A stretch of 64,000 nt of DNA from Selaginella moellendorffii (Eukaryota > Plantae > Lycopodiophyta). How positions within the stretch are numbered: the stretch's first letter is position 1; the number at the start of each line of letters is the position of its first letter. The notes under the pieces were generated by a model. The model had not been told where the DNA came from and searched no databases. It worked only from the letters and a program-made list of their open reading frames with translations. The DNA is taken from assembly GCF_000143415.4 (NCBI RefSeq), contig NW_003314331.1, positions 354,244 to 418,243 of the forward strand, written 5' to 3'. The translations under genes and the position numbers were made by a program. Positions 35,919-46,759 of this stretch are shown in pieces.

Positions 35919-37084
35919 CCTTCATAATTGACTTGTTCTTGATTCTTCTACTAAAATCCCAAAGATTTCTTAAATCTCAACTAAGATCCTATGTGGATTA
36001 AACCACACTTCAACTATTTCCACCCTATTTTAAACTCATGTCATATTCATTTCTTATGGGATGACTATTCAAACTATGGGAACACAATGCCATTTTATAT
36101 ATATTGCAAGAATATTCATGAATATTTTGATTCATGCCAGATAAGTAGGCATTAGACAAAAGGGCTGCTATTTTACACATTAATTCCCAGCATTTGCTAC
36201 AAATCAAAACTATAGCTTGAAATACATTTAGATTAATTAATCTCTAAGTATATCCTAGTCTAGTTTATGCTAACACGTATTTAAATTAATCTTTTATTAT
36301 ATTATAAACATGTTTATCTTCTAAGTATATTCTAGCATATGATTCCGAGTAAACGTGGCCTTAATTCCATGTCCAACTTTTTTAAAGCCTTGAGCAAGGA
36401 ATGAAGAATGTGAGAATCTCCTCACTAAACTCTTGCATTTACACTTTTTTTCCTTGAAAGCTTTGCATAAACATTTCATTATGACAAATAAACGCCCTAA
36501 AGCTGGTTTAGCTCTGGTCACTACTGTGCATCCAAATCACAATAAATCAATCAAGCAAGGCAATATAATTTATAATATGGTATCAACCAAAGCTAAATAG
36601 GTTGTATGATAGATACATGTTTACAGTTTTGCAATTACCCACCATTAAATTAAAATGTAATGTTATCAGTCCTAAAATGAAGATTTAGTGGAGTTCAGAA
36701 GAAAAGTATGTATGTAGTCACATTTTGCTATGGTATTGTCTTGGTGGTACTAGAAAAGTCCTTTGTCCTAGCTACATCGCAAAAAAGCATACGATCTTGT
36801 ATTTGAATAGTGCCCCAGACAAAATCATGTGATAGCATACGAATATGCACTTGGTAGATTCTCTGGGAATATACTCCTCTCTCTTGGTTGGCCAAATTCT
36901 CTCTTTTGAGGCGCCGCGCCAGGGCGGTGGTGAGCGCCCTGCATGCGCGCGCCTTCCTCGATTTCTGGTGTCGCCGCTTGATCCATCCCAGCTCCCCTTC
37001 CCCAATTGCTCGCTCCCTCCATCGATCCTACAATCCGATCGCGCCCCTATCTGATCGATCGATCCCAAAATCCTTTGTATCGTC

Positions 37085-39214
37085 ATGCTGGCGCCGGGGG
37101 AAATGTTGCTCATAGCTCGCGAGTGCCCCGCCAGCGGCTGCTCGCAGTGGATTTTTAGGTATCTCAAGGATTGCGTGTGCGATGTGAAAGATGGAGTCTC
37201 CTTCTCGCTGGGGCTGATCAGCGTTTTGAGCTGGGGCATTGCCGAGGTCCCCCAGATCATCACGAATTACAAGGAGAAATCCACCGAGGGTGTCTCGCTT
37301 GTCTTTCTCATGACTTGGGTCGTTGGGTAAGCCATTCCTTTCGTTCTCTCCTCTCTTTTTCTCTTTGGTTCCCAGTGTGGAGATGGTGGAGAGATTCCAT
37401 CTTTGTTTTCTTGCTGCCGGCTCTCTCATTTAATGCATCGCTTGCTTTCTCCTCGATCGTGTGTGCTTGGATTGGATCAAACGCATTAACTCTCCCATCT
37501 TATACTCGTGAAGGGATTTTTTCAATATCGCGGGGTGTCTACTCGAGCCAGCAACTGTAAGTCAGGGATCATCTCCATCGATTTTTTTTCTTTTCCCGGT
37601 TTTGCTACTGACGATCGTTTGTTTTCTTCCCTGAATTGGACATCCAATACGCAGCTCCCAACGCAATTCTACATGGCACTGGTAACAGCGTTCCATGTTT
37701 AACTAATCACTGCTTTGTTTCTCGGCGCTGGCAGCTTTACACCTTGACAACGCTCGTCCTCGTCGCTCAAACAATCTATTACGGACAGATCGCCAAACGC
37801 CACAGGCCTGACTCACCCTCCATCGAAGAGCCCTTGATCCCTCCAGAGGTAAAGATCTAGCATCTTATATGTTTTTCAATTAGAACAGGACTATAGTTTT
37901 TCTGTCTCGATCACTGCTAATCGAAATAAAATAAACTCTAGAAACAGGCAAGGCGAGCGCAAGAGACACCGGTGACCCCCGTGACGAGCCAGCCGATATC
38001 TTCCATAAGCGTTCCAAGCCCGAGTCCTCGACAGTTCTACTACACGTCAGTGCTCTAGTCTCGATCGTTTGTTTGTTTGTTTGTTTCATGGCTAAGGACT
38101 AAGTTTTTAAACGTGTGATCCTTGCACAGATCTGCGAGATCCTTGACGCGAAGCCACACACCCACAGCTGGTTCTTATCTATCCACCTCAGGTGTTAAGA
38201 GAGGGGACTACTTATCTTCTCATCCATCTCTGTCGAATCTCCAAGCTGTCGAGGCCCAGATTGTTGCCGCGTCGCATCTGGGAAAATCAGAGCCCAGGAT
38301 GATCAGATCAGTAAGCTCCACAGACTCCTTCCTTTCTTTGGTTTGTTTTGTTCGTTCTCTAACTTTTCTGTATCTTTTTCTTTTTCGGTGGAAAGGTGGC
38401 TGCTAGTTTGATGATGTTTGGTGGCTATGCATTACACTCTCGTTGGGAGTCGCAAGCTAGGTCCTCGTCTGGTGGTCATGTCGTCTTCAGCAGCGCGAGA
38501 CGCCTCCTGCAGGTACGAGAGATAAGATTCACCCCTGAAGTTTCTCTCGGGGTGAAAAACTCGATTTACCAGTGAAGTTTCTGGTGATGGAATGAGAGTT
38601 TTTCTTGCAGGACTCTGGAAGTCACAGTAGAGCTGGAGAGATGCTCGGGTGGGGAATGGCCGCGATTTACATGGGTGGAAGGGTACCTCAAATCTGGCTC
38701 AATGTGTGATCTCTCTCTTTTCTTTTTCTTTCTTTTTGGTCTGACATGAAGTTGATTTTTTCTTGTCTTCCTAGATTACGAGAGGAACAGTGGAGGTAAT
38801 CTTCAATCATTTTCTAAGTTTTGTTTCTCTAAAGTTGCGACTTTTCCAGGGTCTCAATCCGATGATGTTCTTCTGCGCGCTAATGGGAAATGCTACATAC
38901 GTTGGAAGGTGAATGAGCTTTAGTTCGTTGGGATTCATTGTTTTTTTTTTTTTTTTTTGTGCTGTGGTTGCAGCATCCTCGTCCGGAGCACGGATTGGAC
39001 CAAGTTGAAGCCCAACATGCCATGGCTGGTGGACGCTGCTGTTTGCGTTATTCTGGATTTTTTCGTATGGTTTTTCTTCTGTTTTCGATGTTCTTCCTTG
39101 ACGGTGTTTTTGCAGATTCTTGCGCAATTTTGCTACTACCACCGCTTCGTGACAAAGTGTAACAGCCAGAACAGTGGCTCCGAGGAAGGGCTTGTAGAGA
39201 AACAGAATGTTTGA
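37085..39214 (+). CDS. PQ-loop repeat protein (YPQ/PQLC2-like vacuolar cationic amino-acid transporter)
   Basis: Many small exons: GLISVLSWGIAEVPQIITNYKEKSTEGVS, LEPAT/LPTQFYMAL, YYTSARSL..SHTP, GWGMAAIYMGGRVPQIWLN, VEGLNPMMFFCALMGNATYVGSIL and PWLVDAAVCVILDFF/ILAQF. Confidence 0.93.
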
Positions 39215-39461
39215 TAGAGCGAGAGCTTCGTTTTAGGAAGATCAATTGGAGATTCTCAATGTTTTATAAAGGTTGAATATTTTCAACGATTTGCTAAAGG
39301 TTGTATGTTTCATTGTCTCGTGATGCTCGCTTTGCACGATGTTCCCAAGAAAATCTTTCCAAACAAAACGATGGCATTGCTTTAGTGTGCGTTGACGCAT
39401 TCATCCGGAATCCAGATCGATCGATCGATAGTTGTTGATCGCTAGCAAACGAAAATTTTCC

Positions 39462-40848
39462 ATGGAGGAGCTCCGGGAGCTGCGCCGATCTGGCAAGGAC
39501 GTGAAGCTGGGAGATGCCGAGGTATGGGAGGACGATCCATCACAGCTCGCCATAGCCAAGCAAATCCTAGAAGATCAATCATACATTCAAGATGATCCAT
39601 CCCTCTTCATCCGGCCCAAGATCATCGAAATTGTGCCATTTTCCAAGAGGTCCTCCAATTCTTCTACTGGATCCTCCTCCTCTCCACGCTTTTCCAATCC
39701 AAGAGATCCTCGAGGACGAATTCGTCTTCCATTTTTTCCTCCGCAACTGGATCATCCTCCTCCTCTGCTTTTCAGACGTCCGTGATCAAGAAGAATTTGT
39801 CCTCCAGTTCTTCCTCCGCCAGTACTGGATCCTCCTCCTCGGCTTCCAAGACATCCACGACCAGGAAGAATTCGTCCTCCATTTCTTCCTCCGCCACTAA
39901 AATCCTCCTCCTCGGCTTCCAAGACGTCCGCAAGGATGAATTCGTCCTCCATTCCTTCCTCCGCCGCTACTGGATCCTCCTCCTCTCTCCTCTTCCCTGC
40001 TACCATCCCCCAGATCGACTACGCGGCGCCGGCAGCACGATCCTCCTCGCACAATCGAGATTATCCCCTCTTCGGCGGCTATACGCGGCGGTCGTGCCAT
40101 TGCATCCAGCTCGACACCAAGAACCTAGCTTCCCCGACCAGATCCCGGCAGCGATCCAGCACAATGCCCGCGAGTAGCGCGTGGCGATCGCGCTTGCCAT
40201 CGAGCCAAGCGTCCGGATCACCCCCGCCAACGTGGACGTGGAGCTCCGGATCAAGACCCTATCCGTGGGCGTGTTTGCTCAAGAACGAGGCAGCGCTGGG
40301 CTTCTACCCTTACCGGATTAGATTCTCGATCGAGCCCCAGCTGCGCGATCGCAGCGCCGTCGCGATCCCGCTCTACACGCCCAGGATCGGAGCTAGCGAC
40401 AGCGGCGGGACAAGTTGGCGCGCGGCCCGTGTCGATCAGTGGGGAGAAGAGCTGGGGGATGGAATGCCAAGAATCGACAGAGAGGGGGATGATCAGCGCC
40501 GGCGTGGAGGAGTCCGGGAACACGGCAGTGTTTGAGTGGAGGCTTTTGCGATGGAGCCACAATGCCGCGACATATAACGCGCACAAGCCACACCCTGGAT
40601 TGAGCTTGCCTACCAAGTCTCTCAAGGTTGAAGAACGATTGATCTCTCGTTTTCTTCCAGGCACCATTTCCACAGGAATCAAAGTGGAAAGCTTTCCCGA
40701 CGTCATGTGGGATCTCCACCCGAGATCAAAGTTTCCGCTCCAATTCAAGTTCCAGTTGGAGGTGGGGATGCATCTGCTGTGGTTTGTGGGCACGAGTGGC
40801 CGAGTGGAGCAGCCGGGGATTCGAGTTTCGTCACGAGTTTCTAGTTAG
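39462..40848 (+). pseudogene. Uncharacterised family, subfamily A copy 1 (candidate beta-pore-forming-toxin-like), frameshifted
   Basis: MEELREL..., Ser-rich repeats, CHCIQLDT, ANVDVELRIKTLSVGV, NEAALGFYPYRIRFSIEP, GNTAVFEWRLLRWSHN, an intron remnant at 40627-40660 and FPDVMWDLHP..KFPLQFKFQLEVGMHLLWF. Homologous to 43403 and 61044. Confidence 0.75.
39640..39990. repeat. Tandem repeat of ~70-80 nt units (4-5 copies) inside family A copy 1
   Basis: The unit 'tactggatcctcctcctc..ttccaagacgtccgc..gaattcgtcctccatttcttcctccgcc' recurs at ~39665, 39746, 39822, 39898 and 39968. Confidence 0.85.
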
Positions 40849-40859
40849 CGATGGTGTGA

Positions 40860-41405
40860 TCTCCACCGTCACCTGAAAGTATATTCCGTTGAAGATGGTT
40901 TCACTTCGTGTTCAAGCCATTTCCAATGCACTGTTGATCGTCTTGCTCGAGCTGGGCAGCTTAATGAGGTTAAAGGGCTGATTGCGAGCATGCCATATGT
41001 TCCAGAGCTCAAGAACTCGGAGACTCTCCCTTGGCATGCAATATCCATATGGTGACACGCAGCAGCGGCTGGCAGCACGTTCGAGTAGATGAGCAAAACC
41101 GGTTGGCGTACGTTCTCTTGTCAAATGCCTTGAAAAGAGTATGAGATGTTTGGATTTAGATAGATGGCTTCAGTCAGTGATTGATGTCGAGGTGAAAATG
41201 CTGATCCAAAGTCTGGATACATTGGAACGAATTTTCTCCACCCTTGAGAAGCTTTACTTCTGGTATTAGAACCAGACGAAAAGGATGTCTCGTTAGGCAA
41301 TTCATCTTCAAAGAATCATTGCCTGCTTGAGATTCCCGACCTCGGCATACGCCACAACCATGGCTGCGATAGCGAGAACATTAACAGCTCCATCGCCGCT
41401 ATTTG
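40860..41405 (-). pseudogene. Chimeric remnant: PLS-type PPR fragment joined to an unknown coding segment (copy 1)
   Basis: Matches 50900-51400 (AAMELLMFS..., LPNETSFS, LFKAFDKRTY, EVKPSSTEYTFR). Confidence 0.5.
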
Positions 41406-41837
41406 GTCGAAGAAGCATTGACCTAATTCAAATAACCATTTGAAAACTCGGAGCCATACGTCCTGGATCTATCTCAGCACCAGAGATTGCTGTTGCTTCC
41501 CCAGTCACTGATTGCGAAAACAAGGGGCGGGAAAATCCAGGACTCTACATTTTTGTCCTCTCATGCAGTACCGTGTCTGTCTTGCGTAGCCCAAAGACTC
41601 GATACAGCAGCTTGCATTTTATATCGCAAGCGAGAAGGAGCGCGAGGATACCCAAGACGCGGCCTCAATCCAAACATCCATGAGTCTCATGCTATCGATA
41701 GATAGATATGCAGCCCAAAATCTCGGATACCGCAGCTCGGTCTCCCGTATAATTCGGACAGACATTTGACGTTCGTTGACACTTTTCGCCGTACACTCCG
41801 GAATGAAGATGGCATTCTTGCAAATTCAAAATTTTCC

Positions 41838-42620
41838 ATGGAGGAGATCCGCAGGGACCCAGATGATCCCCTCTTCGACGACGACCATACATGGCGGCCG
41901 TGCCATTGCATCCAGCTGGACACCAGGAACCGTAGCTTGCCCCAGATACGCATCACGATCCCGGCCGCGATCCAGCACAAAGTTCGCGAAGTTCCGGATC
42001 ACGCCCGCCAACGTGGAACTGGAGCTCCGGATCAAGACCCTCTCGGTGGGCGTGCTCTTGATGGACGTGCTCAAGAACGAGGCCGCGCTGGGGTTCTACC
42101 CCTGCCGGATAAGATTCTTGATCGCGCCACATCCCAGCGCCGTCGCGATCCCACTCTAAACGCCCAGGATCAGTGGAGCTGGGGAGAGGACCTGGGGAAT
42201 GGAATTCGAGGAATCGACAGAGACGGGGATGATCAGCGCTGGCGGGGAGGAGTCTGGGAACACGGCGGTGTTTGAGTAGAGGCTTTTGCGATGGAGACAC
42301 AATTGAGGTACAACGCGCAAAAGCCACTCTGGAACAAAGTCTCTCAAGGTTTGTCCTCCATAGCCATAGCCATCTCTATCTCAGTGGATCTCTATCTTTT
42401 CTTCCAGGCCCCATTTGTAGGAGGAAGCACAGGCATCGAAGTGGAAAACTTTCCCGTTGTCATGTGGCATCTTCATCCGAGCATGAGATCAAAGTTTCCG
42501 CTCCAATTCAAGCTCCAGTTGGAGGTGAGAAGCATCTGCTGTGGTTTGTGGGCACGATCCGGCTGTTCCGAGCGGCCAAATGGACTAGCGAGGTTTCATC
42601 ACGAGTTTCCACCGTCCTGA
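41838..42620 (+). pseudogene. Uncharacterised family, subfamily A copy 2
   Basis: DPLFDDDHTWRPCHCIQLDTR, ANVELELRIKTLSVGVLLMDVLKNEAALGFYPCRI, a family-position intron (~42349-42406) and ENFPVVMWHLHPSMRSKFPLQFKLQLEV. Contains stops and deletions. Confidence 0.75.
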
Positions 42621-42890
42621 AAGTGTTCATTGGAAACACTTCCAGTAAAATAACTTCTCATGCAAAGACTTTGAACATGTTACCGTTGAACTATGGCACT
42701 TCCCTTGCTTCTCAGTACGTTGTCGATGTCGACCCAAGAGCTGCATAGATGCATTGTTCAATCCAGCTGGTTGTGTGGTGGGATCGTCGAGCCAAAACTC
42801 CCTATATTCGTTGACCTACTGTGTTGCACATCTGTTGATTCCTCGTGGTTTCGCATCTTGTCGGTGGCCCTCAATCCTTTTTCCAGATTC

Positions 42891-43455
42891 CAAGTTTAAA
42901 TTGTAGTAATGAATAACAGGTTTAAAGGTACACGACCATGAATATTCAATTGTTTATTAATATATAAACTAGACAAACGAAGCCAACCCGCCCCTCTAGT
43001 CAACTATATTTAGTTGTCCGCATTCATTTATATATTGTCTATATATGGTACCCAACAGTAGGCTCAGAAGAGCAGATAGATGATAGGTTTCATTCTTGAG
43101 AGTCTATGTGCAACATGATTTATTCCCCAATTTATGAATCTTCCTGGAAGAAATGTGTTTCCAGCTTCCATGATGAATCACAAGTTTGAATTGTAATAAT
43201 GAATAACAGGTTTAAAGGTACACCATGAATATTCAATTGTTTATTAATATATAAACCAGACAAACGAAGCCAATAGTCAACTATGTTAAGATGTCTCGCG
43301 AAGTGTCACTCATTCATTTATATATTGTCTATATATAGTATGTAATCCCCAACAGTAGGCTCAGAAGAGCAGATAGATGATAGATTTCATTCTTGCGAGT
43401 CTATGTGCAACATGATTTATTGCCCAATTTATGAATCTTCCTGGAAGAAATGCAA
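42891..43455. repeat. ~290 bp tandem duplication of the promoter and first codons of the gene at 43403
   Basis: 42891-43154 repeats as 43181-43453 (caagttt.aattgta.taatgaataacagg ... ctatgtgcaacatgatttatt..ccaatttatgaatcttcctggaagaaatg). Confidence 0.9.
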
Positions 43456-44298
43456 GTGCTTTCAAATCAACACAAAGGTTCCATCCGACTCGCCACAGCT
43501 CGACCGGTTATGCCTTAATCTTCCTAACGGAATGCCCAAGAGCCATCAGCTCGTGGACATTGCCATGGTGATCCTGCCCTACGTACGGGAGAGCTGTGCC
43601 AACTTCGAAGTTGCTTTGGAGATCAAGAACCTCTTTGTGGGAGTGGGCGACAGCGATGTAATCGTCAACTCCGACGCCCTGGGATTCTACCCCTACCGCA
43701 TCAAACTATGGATCGATCCACATCTTGACGAGATGAAGAGCCCTGTCAATGCTATCTATGACAAGAAGTCCCTTGCCAATTCTAGCGCACGCACCACGAG
43801 CAGCACCAACGAGATTGGAGCTCGATTTAATTTATGGCCAGTGTCTCTCAGATTAAAAAAAACATGGGGTCGGTCACTTCAAGAGCCAATGAAGTGCGAG
43901 TCCATCACTGTTGGAGATCCACGGAAGACCGCCGAGCTCGAGTGGAATCTCCTTCGCTGGAATCACAATGGGATGAAGTATAATCCATTGAAACCATACT
44001 CTGGCCTCAGCTTCCTCCAGGTAAATGCTTCTACTCTTTTTCTTTCATCTGAGTGTGATCCATATAGCCGCCATTGCGAGGAGGACGCACGAGTGTGAAT
44101 ATCGATGACTTTCCCATCGTTGTGTGGCATCTGCCCGCAAGCATGCCATCCAAGTCTCCGCTCCGGTTCAAGCTTCGTCTCGAGGCCGAGATGCATTTCG
44201 TCTGGTACACGAGAAGCAACTGCATCTACCGCGAAGCCAATTGTACCAGCGAGAGAGTTGAATTTTCTCGACAGTTTGTTGTCACAGACGGTGAGTGA
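43403..44298 (+). CDS. Uncharacterised beta-rich ~282 aa protein, subfamily B copy 1 (candidate hemolysin/leukocidin-like beta-PFT)
   Basis: Exon 43403-44020, GT-AG intron 44021-44067 and exon 44068-44298 form one intact ORF. TATATA upstream at ~43330. No signal peptide seen. The gene is well supported; the fold is inference. Confidence 0.8.
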
Positions 44299-44559
44299 CA
44301 AGTCCGACTGTCATACTGTCTATCGCTTCTTGTAGACCCCAATGTTCTTCCCCAATATCCAGTTTGGTGCTATAAACTTACCGTGTACTAATACATGTGC
44401 CTTTCAGTGTCTTGAATGGGAGTTTAGCAGGACAGATTGTCTCTGGCAGCGTATCCAGAAATTAGCCTGCGAAAACCCTGTTGTTTTGCTCAAAGAGATC
44501 TCTTTCCTCCTTTTCTGCTTTACCCGATCGTTCACGCAATCGACGTTATGGGCGCGTCA

Positions 44560-44945
44560 TGTCACGCGTCCCTGTGGCTGTAAGAAGACTCGTTGTGGAC
44601 AGCAGCAGTGTTAGAAGCCTTTCTAGCCTTTTCGGCCAGATTCCAGAGCATCACGGTGGCTACCAAGATCATCACCGCCTTGGGTCTCACCTGCGAAAGC
44701 AAATTAACAAAGTTGGAAAAACAAGTACCTCGCCAATGTCATCCCACAGCAAGATCACGCTGCAGCCGAGCTTCCTGGCCGCACTAACCGCGTTTTGCTC
44801 GTCATCTGGAATTCATAGGATATTATCGATCCAGTGTTTGGTCACGAGCCGCCAATTTAGAACGCGTGGTTCTGCAGTCCAGAGAAGAATGATAAGCTCT
44901 TGTCCTGTAAGTTCCAGTTCCACTTGTGTCTTGGTAAACATTAGT
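44560..44945. repeat. Dispersed ~400 bp coding-like element X, copy 1
   Basis: [42 protein letters not shown] segment, also present at 62213-62610 (+) and 54795-55235 (-). Confidence 0.7.
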
Positions 44946-45509
44946 TCATAGCAAAGTTTGTCATACTTGTTGTACCAAGGCTATTGATCCACACACGAAA
45001 AACCCGCTCGTCTCTCGAGTCTTGCTCATGACCCTGAATTAATTCTGCGTAAGTGAGGCTGTTGTCGGCTGTCAAACCATTGCTGCAATACGAAGAAGTT
45101 TTATCAACAGCGAGGTGGGCCTGAAATTCAATACCTTTCATGGCAGAGATAGGCCAGAAAAGCAAGATTCAAGTTTGCGGAGCCGCATGTAACGTCTCTG
45201 GGTGTGATGTACTTGTAATTTATTTCTGCCTATAGGTACAAGCGGAGTGGCAAGATCATAAGATCTCCTGTCGCAGATCGGAAGTCACGAGCAAGAGCTG
45301 AATGCGAAGCTGGAAAAGGGAGCGACCAGCATCCAGGCCATGCTTAACAAGTTTAATACTCACAAGCACCGGAATCCAGAGTTCCGCTACTCTGATGGAG
45401 CCGAGGAGTGTCTTGATCTTGTCACAAAATGGAACGACAAGGCGCAAGCACTGCTGGGGATCACAGTAAGCTCACACAAGAGCTCTCATTTCTCTGCATT
45501 GATAGCTCC

Positions 45510-45895
45510 CTCATGATCGTAGGCACTCGCTCTGGCATCGCCGCATGCAAACATCGTTCCAATTGGGGACGTGATGCTGCGTAGAATAAACGGATCGAGC
45601 GTACTCAAGCATCCAAATCCGAGACCCCACACACGGTGACGCACGAATTGGGCGTCACATCCTTTGCAAAGCTGCCCACTCGCTTCATCATCTGATGCAC
45701 ACGCGCTTGCAAGCGAATCGATCCTGGGAATCCAACTCGCTCTCATCGAGCGATGATCGCCGGCCCCGCCATCTCTCCGCAATGCCACCGCCGCCACTCT
45801 TGCCGCTCTCCCCGCGCCGCCGCCGCCGGATCATCGTGGAGGAGCCTGTGATTCCCAGTAACCCTGGCCCCAGCCCCACCGCCGCGCTCCACCAC
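45510..45895 (-). pseudogene. Pseudogene copy of the Cys-rich gene at 63033-63464
   Basis: Collinear with 63033-63464 but with several short deletions, frameshifts and loss of the start-codon region. Confidence 0.88.
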
Positions 45896-45974
45896 CAACT
45901 AAGCTTGCCCTAGAGCCTGCGTATATTCTTGTGTGTATCTGCGATAAAATAGTCGAGCTCTTGGTTTTTGTATG

Positions 45975-46701
45975 GCGTGCTATTTGTAAATTCTTTATAT
46001 TATACTTGCGCAAATGACCCACGCGTGCATATATGCATTTCAAATGGTACATGACTATAAAACATACATGTCATATATGTGGTATGGATGACCCATAATA
46101 CATCCCATTCATTGTCTGGGTTATGGTGGAAAGGGTTGTTGGAGCTATATTGTTCAACACTAATAGTGTTACTGTTGTTGCAAAAATGAGTGTTGCCTTC
46201 TAGAAGTTCTAAAACCTGTGGGCCTAAATCCTGCCCAAAGCAAATTTGGGCCTCCTAAGCATTCCAAAAGCCTCTCCATTCTGTTTGTCCGGGAGGAAAG
46301 CCATGAACCTTAGTCAAAAATACACAGCTAGTGATGTAGACATACATTCTAAACATTAACCTTACCAGAGTTTCCATAATCTATCAATTTCTGAATAAGC
46401 TGACTCTTCTTCCACAACACACAAATTCTACCCCATTATTAAAACATAACCCCACAAACACAAAACAATCTGTTCAAGAGAAGAGAAAGATATATAATAT
46501 AACTTATAGATACTCCAATTTGGGTATTTGGTAGATCCAATTTCCTCCAAAGTAATGATGGAATGGCCTTTGCGAGAAAACTTCAATTAGGCAAAGGTAT
46601 ATTCAAGAGATTTTTAGGAAATATACTAAATATAATACATATGGACCTAGCACATGAGTTCTTTGCCCAAGTATAATATAGGGGATTTACAAATAGCACG
46701 C
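45975..46701. mobile_element. Non-autonomous TIR DNA transposon (MITE-like, ~727 bp)
   Basis: ~50 bp imperfect TIRs: GCGTGCTATTTGTAAATTCTTTATATTATACTTGCGCAAA at 45975 versus the reverse complement ending at 46701. Flanked by ATG on both sides (apparent 3-bp TSD). Absent from the duplicate locus at ~63510. Confidence 0.8.
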
Positions 46702-46759
46702 ATGTACTCTCCATCCCGTTCGTTGGATCGTATCGATTTCCAATATACAAGGAAAGAAA

